Source of the DNA: Clostridiales bacterium DTU064
Lineage (GTDB): Bacteria; Bacillota; Clostridia; Oscillospirales; CAG-272
DNA: 51,152 nt
NCBI GenBank assembly: GCA_001513385.1
Contig: LFTK01000058.1
Coordinates: 300 to 51,451 of the forward strand
Direction of reading: 5' to 3'
Made by a program: the position numbers and the translations under genes. Positions 21,767-31,067 of the stretch are shown one piece after another; positions within the stretch are counted from its first letter, which is position 1; each line of letters opens with the position of its first letter. The notes under the pieces were generated by a model, which had not been told where the DNA came from, ran no database searches, and saw nothing but the letters and a program-made list of their open reading frames with translations.

Positions 21767-22597
21767 TTATTTGCCGTTTCTGCGCTTTATAATGAATTTA
21801 TTCGTGCGCGCGTTCTGCTTTCTTGTCTTATAACCGAGAGCAGGCTTGCCCCACGGTGTAAGCGGACCGGGATGTCCGATCGGAGCTTTACCTTCACCAC
21901 CACCATGCGGGTGATCGACCGGGTTCATGACTGAACCGCGAACTGTCGGGCGTATTCCCATATGACGCTTTCTACCGGCTTTGCCTATCTTAACGTTCTG
22001 ATGATCGATATTACCGACCTGACCGATCGTAGCGCGGCAATCAAGGCGTATATATCTCATCTCACCGGAGGGGAGACGTATTGCTGCATAGCCGTTCTCT
22101 TTCGAGAGAAGCTGGGCCTGGGAGCCTGCAGCGCGTACAAGCTGTGCTCCCTTACCGGGGTAAATTTCGATGTTGTGGATATACGTACCGTCCGGTATGT
22201 TTGCCATCGGGAGTGTATTGCCCGGTTTGATATCAATATTTGCGCCGGAATAGAGAACGTCTCCATCCTTAACGCCAACAGGAGCTATGATATAGCTCTT
22301 CGTACCGTCTTCATACTTAAGAAGGGCGATATATGCACTGCGGTTAGGATCATATTCGATACCGATAACCGTTGCAGGACCTTCCTTCTGACGCTTGAAG
22401 TCTATTATGCGGTATTTAACCTTATTACCGCCGCCCTTATGACGTACTGTTATCTTACCGGCGTTGTTGCGTCCGGCTTTCTTCTTCTTTATGACAACAA
22501 GCGTCTTTTCAGGTGTAAATTTCGTGATCTCCTCAAATGACGCAACTGTCATATTGCGTCTACCGGGAGTTATCGGCCTATATTTTATCGTTGCCAC
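21767..22597 (-). CDS. rplB: 50S ribosomal protein L2
   Basis: 276 aa, ...RHKGGG.K..YR.IDFKR......[13 protein letters not shown]... Confidence 0.98.
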   Translation of the reverse strand: MATIKYRPITPGRRNMTVASFEEITKFTPEKTLVVIKKKKAGRNNAGKITVRHKGGGNKVKYRIIDFKRQKEGPATVIGIEYDPNRSAYIALLKYEDGTKSYIIAPVGVKDGDVLYSGANIDIKPGNTLPMANIPDGTYIHNIEIYPGKGAQLVRAAGSQAQLLSKENGYAAIRLPSGEMRYIRLDCRATIGQVGNIDHQNVKIGKAGRKRHMGIRPTVRGSVMNPVDHPHGGGEGKAPIGHPGPLTPWGKPALGYKTRKQNARTNKFIIKRRNGK

Positions 22598-22616
22598 TTT
22601 TCAATTCCTCCCGTCA

Positions 22617-22910
22617 TCAATATAGCCCTTCAAAGAACTCTATCGGCTTTGAGTCCTTCTTGAGCGTTACAATTGCTTTCTTCCACGCAGAGGTGTAGCT
22701 ATAATGCTGACCGTATCTCTTCGGCTTTCTCTTCATTGAGACAGTGTTGACACTTTCAACCTCAACACCGAAAAGTTTTTCAACGGCAGTCGCGATCTCC
22801 GGCTTTGTAGCTTTTCTCGCAACTTTAAATGTGTATTTCTTATCGCTCATCCTCGCCATGCTTGCTTCTGTAATAACAGGAGCAAGGATAATATCTTCTG
22901 CGTACTTCAT
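22617..22910 (-). CDS. rplW: 50S ribosomal protein L23
   Basis: 97 aa, in the conserved position, with ...YTFKV...A.K.EI..AVE.LF.V.V..VNT pattern. Confidence 0.95.
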   Translation of the reverse strand: MKYAEDIILAPVITEASMARMSDKKYTFKVARKATKPEIATAVEKLFGVEVESVNTVSMKRKPKRYGQHYSYTSAWKKAIVTLKKDSKPIEFFEGLY

Positions 22911-23533
22911 TATGCGTAAACCTCCTCAATTTTTTCGACCGCGCCGCGCGTCACAATGAAGGAGTCGCAATTGATGATGTCAAAAGCGTTGAGAGTGTTG
23001 TATGAAGCTGTTTTAACATTCGGGATGTTTGCGAATGACTTAAGTGTCATCTTATCAGCTTCATCAAGAACGACAAGAGCTTTCTTCTTTGCGCCGACAG
23101 CAGCAAGCATATTGGCCATCGTCTTTGTCTTGTAATCCTCGGACACAATCTTGTCAACAACAATCATGTCGCCGTCAGCAACTTTTGAGGAAAGTGCACT
23201 GTACAACGCAATACGCTTTACCTTTTTATTAATGGTGACACGGTAGCTACGAGGCTTCGGCGCGAACACTATGCCACCGTGAGTAAACTGGGGAGCACGG
23301 CGAGAACCTTGTCTTGCACGTCCTGTACCCTTCTGTCTCCAGGGCTTTCTGCCGCCACCCGAAACTTCCGAGCGAGTCAGCGCGGACTGCGTACCCTGCC
23401 TTTGGTTGAGCAGATACGCTCTAACGTATGAATGGAGGACCGCGCCGTTTACCTCGGCAGCGAATATTTTATCGGACAGGGCGATTTCACCGACTTCACG
23501 GCCCGCCATGTCTACGACTTTTAAGTTTGGCAT
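22910..23533 (-). CDS. rplD: 50S ribosomal protein L4
   Basis: 207 aa, ...RQGT...TR.EVSGGGRKPWRQKGTGRARQGS.R.PQ...GG.VF.P.PR. Confidence 0.97.
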   Translation of the reverse strand: MPNLKVVDMAGREVGEIALSDKIFAAEVNGAVLHSYVRAYLLNQRQGTQSALTRSEVSGGGRKPWRQKGTGRARQGSRRAPQFTHGGIVFAPKPRSYRVTINKKVKRIALYSALSSKVADGDMIVVDKIVSEDYKTKTMANMLAAVGAKKKALVVLDEADKMTLKSFANIPNVKTASYNTLNAFDIINCDSFIVTRGAVEKIEEVYA

Positions 23534-23552
23534 TTCTTATTCCTCCTCTTCC

Positions 23553-24185
23553 TCAGGCTTTAACGCTGTCGCGAATAAAAACGATTCCGCCCTTCGCACC
23601 GGGAACAGCTCCCTTGACGGCTATAAGGTTCTTCTCCGCGTCAACCTTTATAACGGTAAGGTTTTGAACGGTTACTCGTTCATTTCCGTACTGGCCTGCC
23701 ATCTTTTTGTTTTTAAATACTCTCGACGGTGTCGAGTTGGCACCCATAGAACCGACTTCGCGGTGTACAGGGCCTGTACCGTGTGACATTCTGATTATGT
23801 GATGTCCCCATCTCTTAACAGCGCCAGTAAATCCACGGCCTTTTGTTATGCCTGTAACATCAACTTTTTCACCAGGCGCAAATGTATCGACCGAAACCAC
23901 GTCGCCGACAGAATACTTGTCAGCGTCATCAAGTCTGAATTCTTTCAGATGGCGCTTGACTGTAACTCCGGCCTTCTTAAAGTGACCGGCCTTGGGTTTT
24001 GAGACTTTGCTTTCCTTCATATCAAGGAAGCCGAGCTGCACGGCACTATAACCGTCGTTTTCGGCAGTCTTCTTCTGAACTACAGGGCACGGTCCAGCTT
24101 CAATGACTGTTACCGGAATCATGTTGCCGGCTTCGTCGAAAATCTGGGTCATACCAAGCTTTTTACCGATAATGCCTTTTTTCAT
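23553..24185 (-). CDS. rplC: 50S ribosomal protein L3
   Basis: 210 aa, MKKGIIGKKLGMTQIFDE.G..IPVTVIEAGPC.V.Q.KT. Confidence 0.98.
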   Translation of the reverse strand: MKKGIIGKKLGMTQIFDEAGNMIPVTVIEAGPCPVVQKKTAENDGYSAVQLGFLDMKESKVSKPKAGHFKKAGVTVKRHLKEFRLDDADKYSVGDVVSVDTFAPGEKVDVTGITKGRGFTGAVKRWGHHIIRMSHGTGPVHREVGSMGANSTPSRVFKNKKMAGQYGNERVTVQNLTVIKVDAEKNLIAVKGAVPGAKGGIVFIRDSVKA

Positions 24186-24346
24186 TTTACCTGTATTTCC
24201 TCCGTCAGGTTATTGGTTGGCGCGTTAGTTTCGCAGGGCGCCACCCCGCACGCGTCAACATGACCTTTTCCAGCAAACGCTTACAATTTAATATAAGTAT
24301 TTGCTGATATTGGCTTATTTACAGCTTCTTCACCGAAATGTCGCGA

Positions 24347-24658
24347 TCAGAGCTTGAACTGAACATCAACACCAGCGGGAAGCTCGACCTTCATAAGCGC
24401 ATCAACCGTTTTCTGAGACGGTTTTTTGATTTCGATCAGGCGCTTGTGGGTTCTCTGCTCAAACTGCTCACGGGAGTCCTTATACTTATGGACAGCGCGC
24501 AGTATCGTTACGATTTCCTTTTCTGTGGGGAGCGGTATCGGTCCGGAAACCTCTGCGCCATTTCGCTTAGCCGCTTCAACTATCTTTGCAGCAGCTGCAT
24601 CCACAAGCGTGTGATCGTAACCTTTCACGCGAATTCTGATCTTGTCGCTTGCCGACAT
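24347..24658 (-). CDS. rpsJ: 30S ribosomal protein S10
   Basis: 103 aa, ...[31 protein letters not shown]. Confidence 0.98.
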   Translation of the reverse strand: MSASDKIRIRVKGYDHTLVDAAAAKIVEAAKRNGAEVSGPIPLPTEKEIVTILRAVHKYKDSREQFEQRTHKRLIEIKKPSQKTVDALMKVELPAGVDVQFKL

Positions 24659-24730
24659 GTTTCATCCTCCTTGCTATTTCGTTTCACGGAGGGCGATGCT
24701 GTACACGGCGCCGTGTGTATGTTTGCCACT

Positions 24731-24785
24731 CCAAAAAACGAATCCGCAGCTTACAGTCTATGGTGACCATAAGCACATCGGATGC
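24731..24785 (-). promoter_or_regulatory. hairpin plus U-tract inside the S10 operon leader (possible attenuator)
   Basis: On the minus-strand RNA, the segments AUCCG...GCUUA.UGGU.ACCA...UAAGC..CGGAU form an imperfect stem (24742-24783). It is followed by UCGUUUUUUGG (U-run at 24733-24738), about 75 nt before the rpsJ ATG. Confidence 0.3.
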
Positions 24786-24928
24786 ATCAAATACTAATTA
24801 AAGTGTCAGCGCATCACACACGTTCTGTGTAAACTCTGGTCCGCCCGGCTCAAGGCCGGACATACTCCGCGGAAATTCCCCGCCGAAACGGTGGCAACCT
24901 TCCGCATCATCGCACACCAAGCTCATCT

Positions 24929-24957
24929 ATTCTATCACGTGTTTCTTTGAATATCAA
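24929..24957 (-). promoter_or_regulatory. sigma-A promoter of the S10-spc-alpha superoperon (TTGATA-17 nt-TAGAAT with TG extension)
   Basis: On the minus strand, -35 TTGATA is at 24957-24952 and -10 TAGAAT at 24934-24929, preceded by GTGA. The predicted leader is about 260 nt. Confidence 0.65.
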
Positions 24958-25080
24958 GTTTTTTTTATATTTTTATCGTACAATATCAAATTTTATATGT
25001 AGAAATTTATTGGTTTCAGACGGTGCATTTTTGTATATTATGTACAATCCCGTCATATCGTCACGTGTACCATACACGAA

Positions 25081-25117
25081 AGTGCACCCGGGAGGTGGTT
25101 CCCCTCCCGGGTGCACT
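25081..25117 (-). terminator. strong hairpin downstream of the lipoprotein gene
   Basis: agtgcacccgggagg / cctcccgggtgcact is a 15-bp perfect stem with a 7-nt loop. The U-tract is weak (ttcgtgt on the minus strand). Confidence 0.6.
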
Positions 25118-25158
25118 GTATTCAAAACAACAGTATCTGATTTAATTGCTTATTTAAA

Positions 25159-26553
25159 TCAGCCTGTATAAACCTGCTTCAGAACACCATCGACATAGCC
25201 GTATACGGCGTTCGGCTTAACGATGAGGGTTACATGATACCATTGATTCATCTCGTACATATCGTCGATCTGTGTTCCGGTAGACTTAGATCCTTCGAAG
25301 ATTGTTTCGTAAGCCGTCTTGCTATTGCCCCAACCACCGATGTTCCACATGACGTAGTTCTTATCGTCTTTACCGTTGAAGAATACAAGCCATGCTTCGG
25401 CACCGCTGTCACGGCGTACGTCAACATCAATAGTGTAGTTCGTGTAATTTTGATTGCCTATACTGTCAGCAACCATGACAACGCAGCCGGAATATGCTGC
25501 AGTATTGAGCTTCAGAACCTTGCCATGCTCTTCATCATCATCCTCAATTACCCAGTAATCGGTCCAGGCATCGATAGTGCCCCAGCTACCGCCACTATAC
25601 TGCTTCGGAACGAAATCTCTTGTAAGAGACTCAGGATCGCTGAAGTCGTTCTGATAAAGGATTTCGCCAGTCTCATTGCTCTTAACAACGAGGTTATCCC
25701 AAGACTGAGCTGTCAGCCATGAACCGAGACCGACGCCGCCCCAGTATGCATCTTCCGGATCATACTCTTTGTAGAGCGAGAATATCAGCGTGCTGGCTAC
25801 ATAAATATCGATATCTTCGCGCTTCATGTTAATGCCTACCGCGAACCACTCATCAAGCTTTGCCTTGTACGGCATGGAATCAACAAGAGACTTGTTGCCA
25901 TTTTCAACACGATAGACATTTATTTTGGTGTTGTTTTCTGCACCAATCTCAAGTGCAAAGTAATTCTTCGAATCAACGTAACCGAAGTAAATTACAGCAC
26001 CGCCCTGGCCAATGTCACTGATCATGACTCTGACCGAATATTGCAGATAGTTCCACTTTGGATCGCCAAAGTAAACGAGCGATCCGACTGATGACGGATC
26101 TTCAAATGCCAAAACATAATCCGCCTCGGCACCTTCTGCCTCTTCAAGAGCTTTTACTGAAAAGTCATTTGTGTCCTTATCCCATGAATATCCGGAATAG
26201 ACATCGTAGTTCATGCCTTCAAGCGGATTTTCACCGGAAAAGTCGTTCTCGTAAAGTACTAACTTGTTTTTAATTGACGAAATCTTGATTTTGTCGAAAT
26301 AAACAGTAGCACCAAGCGATCCTACACCTGCAGCGCCCGGGAACTTAGCGTCCGGATCAGGTTCATATGTAGGTTCAGTTTCTTCTTCCGTATCCTTCTC
26401 GTCATCTGACGGTTGAGTATTGGAACCCGGAGCATCCGTGTCATCCGTCAAAGATTCGATCGGAGTTTTGTCACCATCACCACAGCCGTAAATAGCCAGT
26501 GGCATTACAAGCATCAGAATCGCAAGGAATAATGCTGTAATTTTTTTGTTCAT
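25159..26553 (-). CDS. secreted lipoprotein with an acidic linker and two jelly-roll (LamG/DUF1080-like) modules
   Basis: Signal peptide plus lipobox (MNKKITALFLAILMLVMPLAIYGC). D/E/T-rich linker. Two modules start with YENDFSG / YQNDFSD, and the first ends in WDNLVV. The start is set at 26553 (GGAGG 5 nt upstream). Confidence 0.6.
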   Translation of the reverse strand: MNKKITALFLAILMLVMPLAIYGCGDGDKTPIESLTDDTDAPGSNTQPSDDEKDTEEETEPTYEPDPDAKFPGAAGVGSLGATVYFDKIKISSIKNKLVLYENDFSGENPLEGMNYDVYSGYSWDKDTNDFSVKALEEAEGAEADYVLAFEDPSSVGSLVYFGDPKWNYLQYSVRVMISDIGQGGAVIYFGYVDSKNYFALEIGAENNTKINVYRVENGNKSLVDSMPYKAKLDEWFAVGINMKREDIDIYVASTLIFSLYKEYDPEDAYWGGVGLGSWLTAQSWDNLVVKSNETGEILYQNDFSDPESLTRDFVPKQYSGGSWGTIDAWTDYWVIEDDDEEHGKVLKLNTAAYSGCVVMVADSIGNQNYTNYTIDVDVRRDSGAEAWLVFFNGKDDKNYVMWNIGGWGNSKTAYETIFEGSKSTGTQIDDMYEMNQWYHVTLIVKPNAVYGYVDGVLKQVYTG

Positions 26554-26652
26554 TTTTACCTCCATGCAAATTAAAAAATTTCGTTATATAAGAATGGAGT
26601 CCATTATATAAGACTGTCCTCCAGTTCTTATTGTTCCATTTTGTGGACAAAT

Positions 26653-26726
26653 ATTGTTGTAAATGTAATTTTAATGCACACGATGATATTTACTTGTGCA
26701 TTTTTATAGTAAATGTTTACAACAAT
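26653..26726. repeat. nested inverted repeats in the AT-rich spacer
   Basis: Outer 11-bp arms attgttgtaaa (26653-26663) / tttacaacaat (26716-26726). Inner 7-bp arms atgcaca (26674-26680) / tgtgcat (26695-26701). Confidence 0.8.
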
Positions 26727-27219
26727 ACACAAAATGACAACTCGTTTTTGTATTATATATCATATCACACGCACTTTATAAAGTCAACAAGAATCAATCT
26801 GATTTATTAATACAATTTATATAAAATATGAATTAGATTTCTCAATAACCATTAATTTGTTCCAGTTTTATAAAAACAACACTAATATACATCTTTAATA
26901 TGTAGCATTAGTATAAAACATTGCCGATATTATTGTAACAATTCCTTTATAATTACTTCATTTTCATCACCGTATGATATGCATGACACCTTTGCGTGAA
27001 TTTATCTTACCTCTCACAAATGATAATGTTAGCGCATAAATAATCACTATCATTTATATTAGCAGAGTTTATGCCATTTTCACCCCTCTTAAAAATTATT
27101 CACTTAAATTTTAAATTATTTATAATTATTCATCCTTTTATACTTTTAGTTGAAATTCTATAAAATAATTTTCTTTGAAAGGCTTATATTGTCTGTTATT
27201 CCGAAATTGATAAAATGTG

Positions 27220-27248
27220 TTGATTTGAATATTTATTTGTGATATTCT
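27220..27248 (+). promoter_or_regulatory. candidate sigma-A promoter of the dap-lys operon (TTGATT-17 nt-TATTCT with TG extension)
   Basis: -35 at 27220-27225 and -10 at 27243-27248, preceded by GTGA. It lies 46 nt upstream of the dapA ATG. Confidence 0.55.
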
Positions 27249-27293
27249 TACTAAAAATTAAATTTAAAAAATGTTAGGAGGCTGCGAAAATCC

Positions 27294-28184
27294 ATGAAGA
27301 CAAAAAGCATTTTCACTGGTGTTGCAACTGCTTTAATTACACCAACAACGAAAGACGGTGTGGATTATAAAAAATGCGGCCTTCTAATTGACCGTCAAAT
27401 TGAAGCCGGAATAAATGCACTTGTTATATTAGGTACGACAGGCGAAAGCTCCACTCTTTCTGATGCCGAACGCCGCGAAGTCATGCGTTTCGCCGTCGAA
27501 CACACAGCAGGGCGCGTCCCTGTGATCTGCGGAACAGGCTGTAACAATATTCAAACGGCAATTAAGCAAACCGAGTATGCTTCAAGCATTGGCGCAGATG
27601 CCGTTCTCGTCGTCACCCCTTATTACAATAAAGCTACTCAACGCGGTCTTGTTGAAAGTTACTTTGCAATCGCTGACGCAAGCACAGTACCGGTCATTCT
27701 TTATAACGTACCGTCAAGAACCGGTGTTTCAATCGAACCGGAAACATACCTGAAGCTCGCGCAACACCCGCGCATTGTCGCTGTGAAGGAAGCATGTGGA
27801 AATATTTCACGTGTTGCTGATACTTTTGCCCTGGCCGGCGACATGCTTGATGTATATTCAGGGGAAGACGATCAAATCGTGCCGATACTTTCCCTTGGCG
27901 GCAAGGGTGTTATTTCTGTACTTTCAAATGTTGTTCCTGAAGTCGTTGTCGATATGTGCGACAGCTTTTTCGCCGGCAATATACAGCGGGCTTCTCAGCT
28001 TCAATTGAAGTACTTACCGCTCATAAGAGCTCTATTTTCAGAGGTAAATCCGATACCGGTAAAGGCAGCAATGTCAAAGCTTGGCTATTGCGAGAATTAT
28101 CTGCGCTTACCGCTCACTCCTATGGAAGACGGGGCGCGTGAAAAACTTTTCGCCTGCATGCGTAAACTTGGCATAATTGCTTGA
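27294..28184 (+). CDS. dapA: 4-hydroxy-tetrahydrodipicolinate synthase
   Basis: 296 aa, ...GV.TALITP.......D........ID.QI..G.NALV.LGTTGES.TLS..E. Active-site Lys context AVKEA. Confidence 0.95.
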   Translation: MKTKSIFTGVATALITPTTKDGVDYKKCGLLIDRQIEAGINALVILGTTGESSTLSDAERREVMRFAVEHTAGRVPVICGTGCNNIQTAIKQTEYASSIGADAVLVVTPYYNKATQRGLVESYFAIADASTVPVILYNVPSRTGVSIEPETYLKLAQHPRIVAVKEACGNISRVADTFALAGDMLDVYSGEDDQIVPILSLGGKGVISVLSNVVPEVVVDMCDSFFAGNIQRASQLQLKYLPLIRALFSEVNPIPVKAAMSKLGYCENYLRLPLTPMEDGAREKLFACMRKLGIIA

Positions 28185-28219
28185 TTTGTTATCATTTATT
28201 ATAATGCGGCAGGTGAAAA

Positions 28220-28957
28220 ATGAATATGAAGATTATTGTAAACGGCGCCGGCGGGCACATGGGACGTGAAGTTGTCCGCCTGATTCAAACAGGACATAGA
28301 GATGCTACTCTTGCGGCTGCTGTAGATCCGGTCGGCGGAGAAGGCTTTTACACGTCGCTTTTCGCTTATGAAGGAAACGCGGACTGTATAATAGACTTTT
28401 CACACCATACATCAGCCGGTGTTTTAACGGAGTATGCCACAAGACGTGGCATACCTCTCGTCATTGCAACGACAGGTCACACCGAAAGTGAAAAACGCTA
28501 CATCAATCAGGCTGCGCGTTATATTCCCGTATTTTATTCCGGGAACACATCGCTCGGCATTGCTGTCTTGCGCGGCCTTGTACGCCAAGCGGTTGAAATG
28601 TTCCCCGGCGCAGATATTGAAATAATCGAGCGCCATCATAACAGAAAGATTGACGTACCATCGGCAACAGCGCTGATGCTTGCTGATTCGGTGAAATCCG
28701 TACGGCATAATGCCGTACCGCTTGTCGGTCGTCACAATGATGGCGTGCGCAGCAGAAATGAAATTGGTATTCACTCGCTTCGCATGGGCAATACTGTCGG
28801 TATTCATGAAGTTATAATATCAACAGCTTACGAAACGCTGACACTGCGCCACGAAGCGCACGACCGTGCGCTTTATGCGGAGGGCGCTCTCACTGCCGCC
28901 GAGTTCATTATCGGCAAAAAGCCCGGTCTTTATAATATGAGCGATATTTTCGGTTAA
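28220..28957 (+). CDS. dapB: 4-hydroxy-tetrahydrodipicolinate reductase
   Basis: 245 aa with N-terminal GAGGHMGRE Rossmann motif and ERHHNRKIDVPSATA (E.HH..K.D.PSGTA motif). Confidence 0.93.
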   Translation: MNMKIIVNGAGGHMGREVVRLIQTGHRDATLAAAVDPVGGEGFYTSLFAYEGNADCIIDFSHHTSAGVLTEYATRRGIPLVIATTGHTESEKRYINQAARYIPVFYSGNTSLGIAVLRGLVRQAVEMFPGADIEIIERHHNRKIDVPSATALMLADSVKSVRHNAVPLVGRHNDGVRSRNEIGIHSLRMGNTVGIHEVIISTAYETLTLRHEAHDRALYAEGALTAAEFIIGKKPGLYNMSDIFG

Positions 28958-28983
28958 GATCGTGGAGGAGACGGCATTACCAT

Positions 28984-29868
28984 ATGGATGTACACACAAG
29001 CATGAACGCTAATCGTATAACAGAAATCCGCTTCACAAAGATGCACGGTATCGGGAACGATTATATATATATTGATTGTACAAACGGCGAGCCATCTGAC
29101 CCGCCCGCTCTTGCGCGGGCGATGTCCCCTCGCCGTTTTTCTGTCGGCTCCGACGGGCTTATTCTCATTTGCCCGTCAGACGTCGCCGACGCTAAAATGC
29201 GCATGTTTAACGCCGACGGTAGCGAGGGCAAGATGTGCGGCAACGGCATACGCTGTGTCGGCAAGTTCATTTACGATAAAGGGATAAAACGAAAACGTTC
29301 GCTTGATATCGAAACAAAAAGCGGTATCAAGCATCTCGAACTATCAATCGGAAAAGACGGACTCGTAGATTCCGTACGAGTCGACATGGGCAAATACTCA
29401 ATTCTGCCGGCAGATATACCGGTTTTAAGCGACAAACCGCTTATCTCATCGCCAATTGTTGTTGACGGGCGCGAATATCGTGTCACGGCTGTATCAATGG
29501 GCAACCCCCACGCTGTCATTTTTGTTGATGACACAGAAAATCTCCCCCTTTCGCAGATAGGACCGCTTTTTGAACATCACCATATTTTTCCGGAGCAGAC
29601 GAACACTGAATTTGTCCGGTTAATTGACGAAAAAACGCTTCTTATGCGAGTATGGGAGCGCGGCAGTGGGGAAACTTTTGCCTGCGGAACCGGTGCATGT
29701 GCCGTCGTTGCAGCATCAATTGAAAACGGCATATGCCGAGCTGGTGATGAGATAACTGTAAAACTGCTCGGTGGTGACCTTAAAATAACATGCCTTGACG
29801 ACCACACCGTTTTTATGACCGGTCCTGCGACAACAGTATATGAAGGAGTTTATTACTATGAGCATTAA
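28984..29868 (+). CDS. dapF: diaminopimelate epimerase
   Basis: 294 aa with FTKMHGIGNDYIYID, catalytic Cys contexts NADGSEGKMCGNG and GSGETFACGTG. The start is ambiguous (28984 or the ATG at 29002). Confidence 0.93.
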   Translation: MDVHTSMNANRITEIRFTKMHGIGNDYIYIDCTNGEPSDPPALARAMSPRRFSVGSDGLILICPSDVADAKMRMFNADGSEGKMCGNGIRCVGKFIYDKGIKRKRSLDIETKSGIKHLELSIGKDGLVDSVRVDMGKYSILPADIPVLSDKPLISSPIVVDGREYRVTAVSMGNPHAVIFVDDTENLPLSQIGPLFEHHHIFPEQTNTEFVRLIDEKTLLMRVWERGSGETFACGTGACAVVAASIENGICRAGDEITVKLLGGDLKITCLDDHTVFMTGPATTVYEGVYYYEH

Positions 29869-31039
29869 GCTTAATGATAATTATAATAATGCAAAGAAAA
29901 GTTACCTTTTTTCAGAAATCGGGCGGCGCGTGCGTACTTACCGCGAAGCTCATCCGGATTCAAACGTCATAAGTTTAGGGATTGGCGACGTTACGCTTCC
30001 GCTGACGCCGACAGTCATAGCTGCGCTTCATTCCGCAACAGATGAAATGTCAAAAAAAGAGACATTCCGCGGATATGCACCGGAGTATGGTTATGATTTC
30101 GCGCGCGATGCCATTGTGTCACATTACGCCGAATATGGCGTCACACTGTCGCCTGATGAAATATTCGTAAGCGACGGGGCAAAGAGCGACCTCGGCAACA
30201 TCGTCGAAATTTTCGGCGACAACGAAGTCTTGATCCCCGACCCTGTTTACCCTGTAAACTATGATTCGAACGTAATGAGCGGCCGCCGCATCTCTTTTAT
30301 AAACGCAACGAAAGAGAATAATTTTCTGCCGATGCCTGACGAGCTCCCTCGCCGCAGCATGATTATTTATATGTGCTCTCCAAACAACCCGACAGGCGCT
30401 GTATATTCAAAAGAACAGCTTAAAAAATGGGTTTCATTCGCTCGTGAGACAGAATCGGTCATCATTTTCGACTCAGCATATGAAGCGTACATCAGCGGCA
30501 ACTACCCGCACAGCATCTATGAGGTTGACGGTGCAAAATCATGCGCCATTGAGATATGCAGTTTATCAAAAACAGCCGGCTTTACCGGCGTCCGCTTCGC
30601 ATGGACTGTTATGCCGTCTGAACTGATAATAAACGGCGTACAACTTGCCCAGATGTGGGCGCGACGGCAGGCAACGAAATTCAACGGCGTATCATACATC
30701 ATACAGCGTGCCGCTGCAGCGGCTCTTTCACCTGAAGGTATGGCTGAATGCCGCGAGCTTGTAAGCTATTATATGAAAAACGCATCAATCCTCTCCTCCG
30801 TTTTGAAGGAAAAAGGCATCTGGTACACAGGCGGCGTCTCATCACCCTATCTGTGGCTCAAGTGTCCCGACGGTTATGATTCGTGGAGCTTTTTTGACTA
30901 CCTTTTGAACAATGCAGAAGTTGTCGGTACCCCCGGTTCCGGTTTTGGCGCACAGGGGGAAGGATATTTCCGTCTTACCTCATTTGGCAGCCGTGAAGCA
31001 ACGGAAGAAGCTGCTTCCCGGCTGAGGAGAGTGCTTTAA
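29858..31039 (+). CDS. dapL: LL-diaminopimelate aminotransferase (DapL type)
   Basis: N-terminus MSIKLNDNY....KSYLF.EI, class I/II aminotransferase, with SLSKTAGFTG as the PLP-lysine context. The start is set at 29858 (GAAGGAG 10 nt upstream) and overlaps the dapF end by 11 nt. Confidence 0.85.
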   Translation: MSIKLNDNYNNAKKSYLFSEIGRRVRTYREAHPDSNVISLGIGDVTLPLTPTVIAALHSATDEMSKKETFRGYAPEYGYDFARDAIVSHYAEYGVTLSPDEIFVSDGAKSDLGNIVEIFGDNEVLIPDPVYPVNYDSNVMSGRRISFINATKENNFLPMPDELPRRSMIIYMCSPNNPTGAVYSKEQLKKWVSFARETESVIIFDSAYEAYISGNYPHSIYEVDGAKSCAIEICSLSKTAGFTGVRFAWTVMPSELIINGVQLAQMWARRQATKFNGVSYIIQRAAAAALSPEGMAECRELVSYYMKNASILSSVLKEKGIWYTGGVSSPYLWLKCPDGYDSWSFFDYLLNNAEVVGTPGSGFGAQGEGYFRLTSFGSREATEEAASRLRRVL

Positions 31040-31067
31040 TATAGTATAATAAGGAAGAAAAAATAAA

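Noticed and set aside
16181-22540. Many 60-190-aa ORFs antisense to or out of frame with ribosomal protein genes, for example 16492-16953, 17710-17967, 19700-20107 and 21962-22540
   Set aside because: All are embedded in highly conserved r-protein genes on the opposite strand or in another frame. This is typical of spurious long frames in biased-composition coding DNA.
24947-25171. 74-aa plus-strand ORF between the S10 promoter and the lipoprotein gene
   Set aside because: It covers the promoter A/T tract and the 15-bp terminator hairpin, and has no RBS. The region is better explained by those regulatory elements.
26566-27293. Lysine riboswitch (L-box) or small peptide genes in the AT-rich spacer upstream of dapA
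   Set aside because: I found no GC-containing helices resembling an L-box. The only start-to-stop frames are 2-21 codons without an SD. An Infernal scan is still needed to exclude a riboswitch formally.
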